Shown: positions 1-11,811 of the stretch, piece by piece
Layout of the letters: every line of letters begins with the position of its first letter
How positions within the stretch are numbered: the first letter of the stretch is position 1
DNA from: the human T2T-CHM13v2.0 reference genome, Homo sapiens
DNA: 64,000 nt
Assembly (NCBI RefSeq): GCF_009914755.1
Contig: NC_060926.1
Direction: 5' to 3' (one strand)
Made by a program: the position numbers and the translations under genes
Notes under the pieces: generated by a model
What the model saw: only the letters and a program-made list of their open reading frames with translations
The model's database searches: none
What the model was told of the DNA's origin: nothing

Positions 1-107
1 GGAAAATTTTTGTTGGAATTGTTAACATGTAAAAAGAATAATTCCAACTATGCAGTTACATTTTTTTCCCAGTTGATGTTATTTTTTAAAAATCTCCTTT
101 TAAATAG

Positions 108-271
108 GCATTCTACTGGAGATACCAAAGTTCCCTTCTGTCTTCAGTCCTGTGTAAAACCTTTGAAATATGCCATTGCTGTTAATGATCTTGGAACTGA
201 ATATGTGCATCGATATGTTGGAAAAGAGCCGAGTGGACTAAGATTCAACAAACTATTTTTGAATGAAGATG
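108..271 (+). CDS. GLS: GLS exon 6 (164 nt): (R)[54 protein letters not shown](D); catalytic S286-x-x-K289 motif and GLRFNKL activation loop
   Basis: taaatag|GCATTC acceptor, GATG|gtaaga donor; translation matches glutaminase as I know it; the ORF 10..297 contains it. Confidence 0.97.
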
Positions 272-2035
272 GTAAGAATTACATAAACATTGGTTGAAAA
301 AAGAAATGTCTCATTTTCCTATGTAAATCTAAGTCGTTTTAAACATTTTTTGATTAAAATTAAAAGTATTTGTCATGTGATTTCTATATAATCCATTGAG
401 AGAGTTTCATCACCTACTTTTAAAAATGATTATTTTAGGCATCTCATACCACTGGGAAGTGGGCTAGGGAGAACATGAACTTCTCTCTTCATAACCACCT
501 TTAGGGAAATATAGCGAAATCTCAAAATACATGAGATTTGCTTTAAAATAATTTAGTTAAGGCAGCTGGGAGTGCTGGGTATGATTATTACTATATGTTG
601 GTAATTATTGCAGCTAAATGATAGGTGCATGGGTGTTTGTATATTATTCTATCTATTATATTGTATATAGTAGTTGAAAGTTTTATTGTGGCCCTGGTTG
701 AGATAGTGAGGATTATTATTTTTCAGTGAGTGTTTTTACTTTTTATCCTTATAACATTAAAAAATTTGAAAGAAATGCTTTGTGTTTAATGCTTGGTTAA
801 CAAATCTTTTTACAGGAATTCAAAAGAAAAGGGGAGGACAAAAGTAGTTAGTTTGATCTGATAGAGATTTTAAGTCTAAACATCATTTAGCTGAGTGCAA
901 ACTAAGTTAAACTAGTCCCATGGTTTGGTTTCTGTTTTTTAATCTTCTAAGCATATGCTGTGTTTCTGATTGATGAGTTAAGATATAGAAGTGAAGAAAG
1001 TGAGAGCGAAGTTTGTAGTAATGGCTGTGAGAGATACACTTTTGTACTTTTTTTTTCTGCTGTATAAAAAATGAAATGTGCCTTATACTCATTATTTTAT
1101 TAGTTTGTAAGATGAAGTCATAAGACTGGTATTTTCTTATGCTTCTCATCCTATTTATTTTGAGAGCAGTTACATTTTCTTTCCCATTTTACCGTAACCT
1201 TTTTATTCTGATGCTACGTTTGGTTTTATGGACATTACTGTAAATTAACAACTTCAATAAGGACATCATATGCAGAAGCACTTTATTTACTAAGCTCATT
1301 GACATCTAGATTTAATATTGAAAGAATTAATACTGTTATTCTAAAAATACCAAATATTTTAAAAGAAAAATTTAATACTTTTCCATGAACAGCAAAGGAG
1401 AATAGACATGTCTAGTGAATTGATGGATTTCGAGGGAGATATTTAAGAAAAAACAAATATAGTAATTTGAATGTTTAGAGGATTTCAGAAACAAAAAAAC
1501 AAAATGGGCTTGGAGCAAATGAAATTAACAGTATAAGTAATGAATTTTTTTGCCATATATATTTATGGTTTTAGGAATCATGAATTATTGATACTGTATT
1601 CTATATAAGAAAAAATGACAAATCAGAGATTTAGAATTGTTTATAATAAGAATAAAACATAAAGTTTAACAAGAGATTTTGCCTCGATATTCATAGACGT
1701 TTTCTAAGCCTGAGCCAACACCCTGAGTCTTGAAAGTAACAGTAAATACAGGCTTCACTATATTACACCTTCCTGAATTCTGATTAGAGCCTGTGCTCTT
1801 GAGTCCTGATTTAGTTTAGCCCAGCAAAAACAATTTGAAGATCTCGTTCATATTTAAAATTGCAAGGGTAGATTTTTGGTGAAACCATACACTTTTTGTG
1901 TGTGTATGTATATATGTGTGTATCTAAAATAATAAATTTTTAAAAAATAAATATATTACTGTTACACCAGCTTTATAAGATTGTGATGATTTATTAAGAC
2001 TAATAGGGATATGGTAAATAGAGAAATTGTAGTAG

Positions 2036-2326
2036 TTTTTTTTTTTTTTTTGAGATGGTGTCTGGCTCTGTCCCCCAGGCTGGAGTGCAGTGGCATGATC
2101 TCGGCTTACTGCAAGCTCTGCCCCCCGGGTTCACGCCATTCCCCTGCCTCAGCGAGTAGCTGGGACTACAGGCACCCGCCAGCACGCCTGGCTAATTTTT
2201 TGTATTTTTAGTAGAGATGGGGTTTCACTGTGTTAGCCAGGATGGTCTCGATCTCCTGACCTCGTGATCTGCCCGCCTCGGCCTCCCAAAGTGCTGGGAT
2301 TACAGGCTTGAGCCACTGCACCCGGC
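2036..2326 (-). mobile_element. AluY-like SINE
   Basis: polyT + gagatggtgtc...ctgcaagctc...cccggc; TSD agtagttttt on both sides. Confidence 0.9.
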
Positions 2327-2346
2327 AGTAGTTTTTAATAACAGTA

Positions 2347-2657
2347 GTTTTTTTTTTTTTTTGAGACGGAGTTTCACTCTTGTTGCCCAGGCTGGAGTGC
2401 AATGGCGCAATCTCGGCTCGGCGCAATCTCGGCTCACCGCAACCTCCGCCTCCCGGGTTCAAGCGATTCTCCTGCCTCAGCCTCCCGAGTAGCTGGGATT
2501 ACAGGCATGTGCCACCACCCTGGCTAATTTTGTATTTTCAGTAGAGACGGGGTTTCTCCATGTTGGTCAGGCTGGTCGCGAACTCCCAACCTCAGGTGAT
2601 CTGCCTGCCTCAGCCTCCCAAAGTGCTGGGATTACAGGCGTGAGCCACCACACCTGG
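2347..2657 (-). mobile_element. AluSp-like SINE
   Basis: gagtttcactcttgttgccc...caatggcgc...caccgcaacc; TSD aataacagtagtttt. Confidence 0.9.
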
Positions 2658-4286
2658 CAATAACAGTAGTTTTAAAATGTTTGCAACATAGAAAGTTTTG
2701 GTAGGAGGTGGCTGATATTTTTTATCATTATAAGTGAGCAAACAAGTTACTTTATGGAGATGTCAGTTTTGCAAACTACCATCTCCCAGGGAAGTCTTTT
2801 TCTACCTTGTAGTGATCGGGTTAATCAACAAATTATTTATATAGCTTTCCTTGTCTGTATTGTTAACAGCTCTGGAGGGTACATGGGCCTTGCTTCTTGG
2901 AATAACTTTTCTGACTACAGGATACAGAAGGCAATTACATATTTCTAATACATAATGGGAGAAGACATACTTAAGCATTGAATACTGTTAGTTGTATTAT
3001 CTTACAAGTATGTAATTGACAGGTGCCAAAATGTATGTGCTGATTATATGTGTGGAGGATTGAGAAAAAAGAGGAGTTGAGTTAATTTACATGAGGATGA
3101 CAGGACTGAATTGATAGGATGAATTGTGGATGGTTGGGAAGAATGTGAGAGGGCACTGCACATTTTTTCCAACCATCCTCAATGGGCACTGCACATTCTT
3201 CGTAACCATATATATCCCAACCAGATGGAGAATATTTTCTCTATATCTAGAGAATATATTGTAAATGTGTGTAATGTCAGATAATTGAGTTTCCTTAACT
3301 CCAGTTTTTATTTGGCACTGTAAAATTCCAATATAATACCGAAAATATAAATATCCAAATTAAATTGGAAATCCTTTTTAATATTTTTCGTTCTTTAGTA
3401 TATGTATTAGCAAACTTTGCCTCAGCCTCACCTGTGAACAAAACCCTTGTAAGGTTCATATGCTTAGCAGCTTGAAAAGCTTCTTTTGATATAATATGAA
3501 AGAATGCTGTGTATTTTATTGCCTTTGGGGAAAATAAATACTTGTTAAAATTGATCTTTTTTTGCATTATAGTTTAAAGCATGTTCATAAATTTCAGATG
3601 TCACCCATGTCCATTTTGTCAGTATAACACGCTCTGATATTTCGTTACTTTAAATGATAGCCTTTATTAGTGTTGTAGGTTATTTCTGCCATTCAAAACT
3701 TTTTTAAATTAAAAATTCTAAATTAAACCCATCAACTCCATCTTACCTTAAGACAGAGCAGGGAAGCAAGAAAATTTCACGGTCATAGGTCTTAGGCCGA
3801 GGTTTTATACTGCAGTTAGGCTGGTGGTGTGTTACATTCTCTCTGGCGGGTTTCCGGATGTTCAGATGTCTGGCTTTTGAGCCAAAGGCAGAATGAGCAA
3901 TTACATACATCTGAAAATTGGGCTGTCATGCCTTAAAATGATTTAGTGTTCTTTAAGACATCTTGAGTGTAGTATATGTAGCATTTGCAGAGTATTTATC
4001 ATTTGGAAAATATTTAATACTCACATTTATGTGATACCATTTGGAGTACATAGATTAGCAGTCTTCTAGGACTGTAGAGTCTAAGCCTGATAATGTCAAA
4101 AGCTCTGAAATGACAGATAATAAACATCCATACAAATAAAAGTATAAACTAATTTATACTAATTTAAACTAATTTAAACTAATTTGGGATAGGCAAATCT
4201 TGATTGTAATAATCAGATATAACACAAAGATTTTATTTTAACTTTTGAAACTTGGCATTATGAATACACCCAAAATGTAGGATATT

Positions 4287-4603
4287 TTTCTTTTTATTTA
4301 TTTATTTTTAATTGACAGATAAAAATTGTGTATATGGTATACAACATAGTGATTTGAAATATATATGCATTGTGGAATGGCTAAATCAAAGTAACATACA
4401 TTACTTCATATATTTATTTGTAATGAGAAGACAAAGTATGCTTTCTTAACAATTTTCAAGTACATATAATACTTGTTATTAATTATATCATGTTATAAAA
4501 TAGATCTCTTGAACTTATTCCCCCTGTGTAACTGAAATTATGTGTCCTTTGACCAACATCTGGCAATCCCTTCTCCCCCCTCCCCCACTTCTGGTAACCA
4601 CCA
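4287..4603 (-). mobile_element. L1MA-family 3' end fragment
   Basis: polyT followed by aattgacagataaaaattgtgtat...gatctcttgaacttattc...ctggtaaccacca, typical of the L1MA 3'UTR. Confidence 0.7.
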
Positions 4604-4799
4604 GGTAGATAAATTAAGATGTTGAGGTTCGCTTGTAAATAGATGTTTTCACTGTCCCCAAGATTTTATTTTTGGTGCTTGTGTCATGCAGTGAATGAGA
4701 ATATAATCAGTTGAGTTTTGAAATTCTTATTTATTGTAAGAATTAGGAGAAGAAATAGGAGTTTGGATTAATGTAAAGTTTTAAGTAACTTTAAAATTA

Positions 4800-5153
<354 letters not shown>

Positions 5154-5366
5154 TCCCTTATAATTTTATTATTCTATGTAAATCACTTGTTTGTGTTTTG
5201 AAATCCTTCTGTGTATGTGCTTGTATATAAAGATAAAAATAAAGCACTAAGAAAAAAGCAAAATTGAGTACGTTAGCTGTGCTTTTTCCAAGGTCATTTT
5301 TAGTATAGTAATATTACTCAAGTGTTTAAGTATTTGAAATAATGGTATTGCTTTTATATTTTACAG

Positions 5367-5425
5367 ATAAACCACATAATCCTATGGTAAATGCTGGAGC
5401 AATTGTTGTGACTTCACTAATAAAG
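5367..5425 (+). CDS. GLS: GLS exon 7 (59 nt): (D)KPHNPMVNAGAIVVTSLIK, includes N335
   Basis: ttttacag|ATAAAC acceptor, AAG|gtaaaa donor; phase continues from exon 6; NPMVNAGAI glutaminase motif. Confidence 0.97.
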
Positions 5426-8400
5426 GTAAAATGTTGATGTTTCATTTTAACCTAGTAAAACTTTTTTTTTTTAACAGCTAAGGCATAAAGATGAATCTGG
5501 GATTATTTATGTAGAATTATGAAAAATTTTCTCTTGGTGTTAAGAAATTTGTCTTATGGTATAGTGTTAGGATCTTTATTTCAAAATAAATGATGTAGTC
5601 ATTTCAAGGCAAAATTAAAACAGATGACTCATTGTAAATTCCAACAGTCATTTACTCTTGACTTGAAGATCTGGAAAATATTTAAAGTCTGCTGAAGAAA
5701 GGCATAGAGGCTTTTTTTTTTTTTTTAAAGTTTTGATATTTTTCCTTTCGTTTCCTTTTGGTTCTTCCAGAATGAACAGTTATAAATAGAATTAAAGGCA
5801 TTTTACTGTATATTTGTTATTAGTATATGTGGGAACAAATGTTCTGGTACTTAAGACAAAGTACATTTACCCTCAAATATTCTCAAGTCTTTGATACTCT
5901 CATGAGCTGAAATCACAGTTTTTATTGGAACTTGTTTCATTTGGTTTTACTTAAATCATGCCATAATTAAAATAAATAAGGCTTATTCCAATTATGGAGT
6001 TATATTTTCTTATGCTTTGAAATTTGCATTGTAAGGGTTTTTTTTTTTTTTAGTGTTTGGTTTGCCTTAATAATTGGAAGATCTAGTATTTTAAAATAAG
6101 TATTTGAAAATGGTTCCTGTGTGATAGATTTTTAAATCTACCACACGATTTTAGATGTTTCAGATTTTTAATTTCTAATTATAAATTTTATTTATATTTA
6201 AATAAATTTTATTTATGTTTGGAACATTTGTATACTTCTTTGGTAAATCTGTGCCTATCTATTCCAAGTTAGAGGAAAGCATAACTACATGGCCTTGTAA
6301 ATGCATTACTGTGGATAAGGTACCCTGGTTACATGAAGGATATTTGAGTATAAATGATACCCTTGGCCCAGTTCACAAAATTTCATCTAACTTGTATACT
6401 AGAAAGCCTTTCTTAACTTTTAAGAGTTTTATATCTGTGAGAAAAAGCTTTTAAAATAGAAGGCTGGTATCTTAAGAATCTATATGTTTACTTGTTACTT
6501 CAAGGCAAATTCTTTGAAAGTATTGGCCCATTTAATTCTTATAACTCTAATGAAGTAGATGTTATAGCCAAGTGTTTTTAAAATGTAACTAATTGTAATA
6601 GGATATGGAGAAAGCTGTCAGTTTGAGCTGAAAGAAACTTGAAAATGCGATTATTTGCAAGGCACAGTCCTAGCTTTAGGTAGCTTACTTTGTAGTGTGG
6701 GATATGCAAAAGTAAATGGGTCCTTATAAGAAAATTCAATAAATGCTGTGATGAGAGAAAAGCCTCATTAATAATTGCTTAGATTTGAACAAGTAACTTA
6801 AAGTAGAAATAAGGAAACACATACTATAATGTATGTGTTAATGCTTGATGACAAAAACACCAAAAGTGTTTCTTCCCAGAAAAATATCCACATACCATAA
6901 TTTTACATAAACTTTCAGGTGTTCACTACTCTTCGAGGCTGATCCATGGGTCCTAGTTTAAGAACTTTTAAACTGAAGAGAGATTAACATACACTACGCA
7001 TAGTCTCAAAAGGGCTTATGTAAATAATTAATAGAAGACTTCCTTCACTGCACACAGTTAAAAATCTTTCATTTAATGATTCATGGGTTTAACAGACTAC
7101 ACCGAAATGCTGCATGTGGGAATTGCATGTCTGGTTATCATATCACACTATCATTTCATTAGTTTCACTTGCCATGTTTAGTCATGAGTCATAAACTATA
7201 CATTGAGCTGCATTTTAGTATGAGTGATTATAAACAAAGTTAAAAGATACATACAACATAAGTGTGGTTCAGTGTTCAACAGTGCAAAAATTTAATTGAG
7301 TCATCTTGTACCTACAAATTTGATCAGTGATTTTCATAAAAATTTAAATTTACAGGCAAAGTTGGAAATGAGGCTTCAGGATATGGTTTATATTTAAGGT
7401 CACTTTCTCCTGAGTTTTTGTTTTGTTTTTAGCATGTGTTTCACAAGTGCTTTTTTTTTTTTTTTTTTATGAAGTTCATACAAATCTTGGAGAGCAAAGC
7501 CTGATATAACCCTATGTAAAATTGAATGCCCCAGAATATGTAATATTTTTCTTAGGATCTTTTAGGGAAAGGATTAAATTCATATAAATATCTATAATGT
7601 GATCTCTGCAAATTGTATGATCACATAATATTTATAAATTGGTATTGGTTTGAAATTTAGGTAATAAAACCATAGCCAAAAGGCCTTAAAAATTGTCAAA
7701 CCCAGTTCTCTTACTTTATATAACGGAGGAAACTGAGAACCTGGCAAGGTTGTAACAGCAGTAGAATTGGACTTGAACTAAATCTCCTGATACTCAATGT
7801 GCTGTTCATTACAATTCACTCTGCCATATTTAACGTAGGTGTTTGCCATTTCTCTTGATGACATCTTTAATTTTAGTTAGCATAGTTATATTGCCCCAAA
7901 TGCAGAAGTACTATTTCCTTAATTTGAACTGGTTCAAACGATAACAATTTATTGGTTTAAAAGTTGTATCTCATTTGATAGCAAGTGTTACGTAGTCATT
8001 CTTCGGACATTAGTCAGTAAAGAAACAGGCCCTTTTCCAAGATGCTTGCATCTGAGTACCCAAAGCCACGGATATTTCACCATGGCTACTAGAGGTGAAT
8101 TCTGTTTTTAGCTCTTTTAATTGATGACCTTAAGGCTATTTGTGATTTTTTTTTTCTTTCAAAATTCAGGAATTTATCATGGTGCCATTAAAATCATTTT
8201 CTTCATGTTAATCCCCCCACCCCAAAATTAAGTAGAGTCTTTAGTAAGACTCTTGATTTCATAATTTTGTAGTATTGATATTTTTTCCTTGTAGGATTGG
8301 TGGTGATCCTCAGGAAATGGGGGAAGAGGCAGAGCAAATGTTCAAAAGGATTAGCAGATTGTGGAAAAAAGGAGAATTTGGACAGAAGGAGCCTGTTGCA

Positions 8401-8899
8401 TAAATTCTTAACTACTAAGCTTATAGGAAAACTCCAATATTTAAAATTTTAAACAAAGCTATATAGGTAAATACCTTTTTAAAAACAAATGTAATTTTAT
8501 ACTTAAAATGCACATAATTTTTAAAAATCATAAGGGTATTATACTTCCTCTCTTTTTCTCTGTGGTAGCTACTAACTTTAAAGGAATACTTTTTGTTGTA
8601 ATCTGTTTTATTTGGGATTGTGATAATGTGTGATTGCTTGATTAAAAGGAAAGAACAAAAATAAATTTGAAAGGAACAGTTATTTTTATATGATGTAGCA
8701 GTATCCTTACGTATTTGTTTTCTTTTCACTGGTAAAAATTTCACGTAGTTTTAGTTTAAAAGTTAAGATCTGGTGATAACTTAAGGGTTAGGATAGGAAA
8801 ATGAGGACAACATACTGCAAAATAATTGCCACACTTAATGCTTTTTCATGTTAGAAATAGTAAAAGTTACACTGTCTTCTATGTTTTTACCTCTCAGAG

Positions 8900-9192
8900 T
8901 TTTTTGTTTTTTGTTTTTTAGAGACAAGGTCTCTCTCTGTTGCCCAGTCTAAGTGCAGTGGTACAGTCATAACCCACTGCAGCCTCAAACTCCTGTGCTC
9001 AAGTGATCCTGCCACCTCAGACTCCAGAGTAGCTGAGACCACAGGCACAGGCTACCATGCAGGGCTAATTCTTTATAAAGCTAGGGTCTTGCCATATTGC
9101 CCAGGCTGGTCCCAAACTCCTGGCCTAAAGTGATCCTCCAAGTTTGGCCTCCCAAAATGCTGGGATGACAGGCATTAGCCACTCTACTTGGC
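8900..9192 (-). mobile_element. AluJ-like SINE
   Basis: gagacaaggtctc...cagcctcaaactcctg...cccaaaatgctggg. Confidence 0.85.
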
Positions 9193-10125
9193 ATGCCTCA
9201 TTCTAGTGGTAGTTTCCAGTTTTTGTCATTTAAAGAAGTTCAATTTTCTTTTTAATCAAAAGTATTTTTGAATTTTAAAAATTAGGGTTTTTTTTCTTTC
9301 TCTTTAAACAATTTGTAATCATACTCATTGAAAATCAAGACAAGCTTAGTTAATGTATATGTGATGTTCAGTTTGGTTATGTTAGCAATAACCTGTTAGG
9401 CATGCTTATAAGACAGGTTTTTAAAGTAGTTTGTGACTCTCAGAGTAATGCATGATGCCTTGGACTTGCAACATTCAGAAGACAGGATTATATTGGTTTA
9501 TTTACTTCTTGTTTATATCAGTTTATGCTTTAGTTTTTTTTTTTTAATGAAAGGTAGAGCATTTATTGTCAACTGAAAATTGTTCTGTTACTTTATTTTT
9601 AGGGTTGATCTATGAAAATACTAGATCTAGAAAAACATTCTTTTTTACCTGGAGTGTCTTATTTTTTATTTTCCTAATACTCTTTAGCTTTAAACCATTT
9701 TCTATCATAAGACTAAATTAAGAGTATTTCACAAAATCGTTTTTAGTTACCTCTTTTTGCCTTTTTCCTCTATGATCTCTAATTTTTAATTGGCTTGCAC
9801 CTCCATACTTTATGAATGGAATCAAGTGCGATACTTACAAAATAACTCTGATGCATTGATTTTAAATGAGCCATTTTATTATTAAATTTATTGGCAGATG
9901 TCCTTGTTAACAGTGTTTTTCACCTGTTATAAAGTATAATACATGAATCAATTCATAAATATGTTGTAAAAACTATAAAACATTGCAATATAGTTACATT
10001 AATTTTTTAATAGATAATGTTAAAACTCAGTGCCTCTATCAAATTTTCATTCATACAGTATTCTTCAAAGGAATGTAAATTCTGTAACTTGACAGGCATA
10101 TTTACAGAAAAATTTTATAATTTAC

Positions 10126-10401
10126 TTTTTTTTTTTGAGACGAAGTCTTGCTTGTCGCCCAGGCTGGAGTGCAGTTCTGCCTCCCAGGTTCACGCCATTC
10201 TCCTGCCTCAGCCTCCCGAGTAGCTGGGACTACAGGCGCCCGCCACTGTGCCTGGCTAATTTTTTTTTTTTTTTTGTATTTTTAGTAGAGACAGGGTTTC
10301 ACCATGTTAGCCAGGATGGTCTCCATCTCCTGACCTCATGATCTGCCTCCCTCAGCCTCCCAAAGTGCTGGGATTACAGACGTGAGCCACCGCGCCCGGC
10401 C
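10126..10401 (-). mobile_element. AluY-like SINE with an internal ~25-nt deletion
   Basis: polyT, gagacgaagtc...ttcacgccattc...gttagccaggatgg...cgcgcccggcc. Confidence 0.9.
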
Positions 10402-11811
10402 TAAATTTGTATAATTTTCTGGTACCAGAATCTGATTACCCTTTTCAAACAACCCATATGGGTTTGTTTTTTAAAAATCATTTGGTGAGTGGATTAGAAA
10501 TTTTGATAAGTATATTTCTTCCAATTTGGTTTATTTTAAAAATGTTTCTACTGTATTTACTACAAATGATTATAGCTTTTTCAAAAATAATACAGTATCT
10601 AATAATGCTTGTACAGTGATCTTCAAACTGGGATAAATATATCTTTGGATTCCATACTTGGAATTCTTTCCAAGGAATAAAGGGGCATTGACAGTTTTAA
10701 GATAAGTCAGTTTCAAAATCTGTTTCTAGATGCGCCTTTTAAAAAATTAATCTGCCTTTAGTCCAGGTGTCCTCCTATTTTCCAAAAGAAAGACATAGTC
10801 TCATGTCTTTCAAATTTTAGTACAGTGCACTGCTTCACATTGTAAAAACCTCAGCCCACCAGCAAAAGAGGACATTTTGAAATATTAGAGTCAGTGTTAT
10901 TAAGGGTGTGAACCATTGTAATAACTGGTAATAAGTCCTGTTATATACTAGGTTGTTTCCAGTTCTTTGGTTTCAGCAAAATCGAAAGGGAATCTTAAGT
11001 TGTCAGTCAATAGGAGCATTAGCATAATTTTTGAGGCTAGAGTACTGTATGACTTTTGGCATGTAATGAGCTGGAGGCATATAAAGAACTGAGTAACATT
11101 GCTATAATAAAACTTTTAAAATTTCAATCTACTTGTCTATTATAAGCAATTCACACCTCTGTAAAAATTAAAAATCGGAAGAGAATTAGTCCTGAGTTCA
11201 TTCTAGCAATAGAAGATATCCACTGATATATGAACTAAAAATCAATTACTGTTTCAAATGGGAAAGAAAAATACTCAAAAGGAAAATCTTACAAATTAGT
11301 ATGGGAAATTATTAGCAAATAAATATTTTTCCTTTAATTTTTTATTGTGAAAAAATTCAAACATACAAAATACACGAGTATGACCAGCTCTCATTTATGC
11401 ATGCCTAGCTTTTATTTTTGTTAACATCTGTTTCTCCACCCAGCTCACCCCACTACTCCATAATGATAAAGATAATGGATTTTTTATCATTTTTAGTTTT
11501 GATTTTGCATTGGGGGTGGTTTACTCTCTTTTGTATATGTAGGCATGTGCTTTTCCTAAGAGCTTTGCAAATAAACTTTTTACTGTAACTTTTTCAGAAT
11601 TAATATGACATGTTAATGATTATTAGATCTCATCTATCCTTGGGGTACATGGAGTCGTTCCAAGAGATACACAAGCAGATATAGTTTATTGACTTAAGTT
11701 AAATGCCATTTCCAGGGTAAATAATATGAACAAACAATAATCAAATGCCTTTACATTTAAATGAGGAAGTATGGGGGAGAAACATTCTTTAGTCAATGCA
11801 ATTATTCAATA

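Noticed and set aside
3780-3860. Small CpG-containing patch with an ETS-like ttccgg
   Set aside because: Too short and too few CpGs for an island or promoter call
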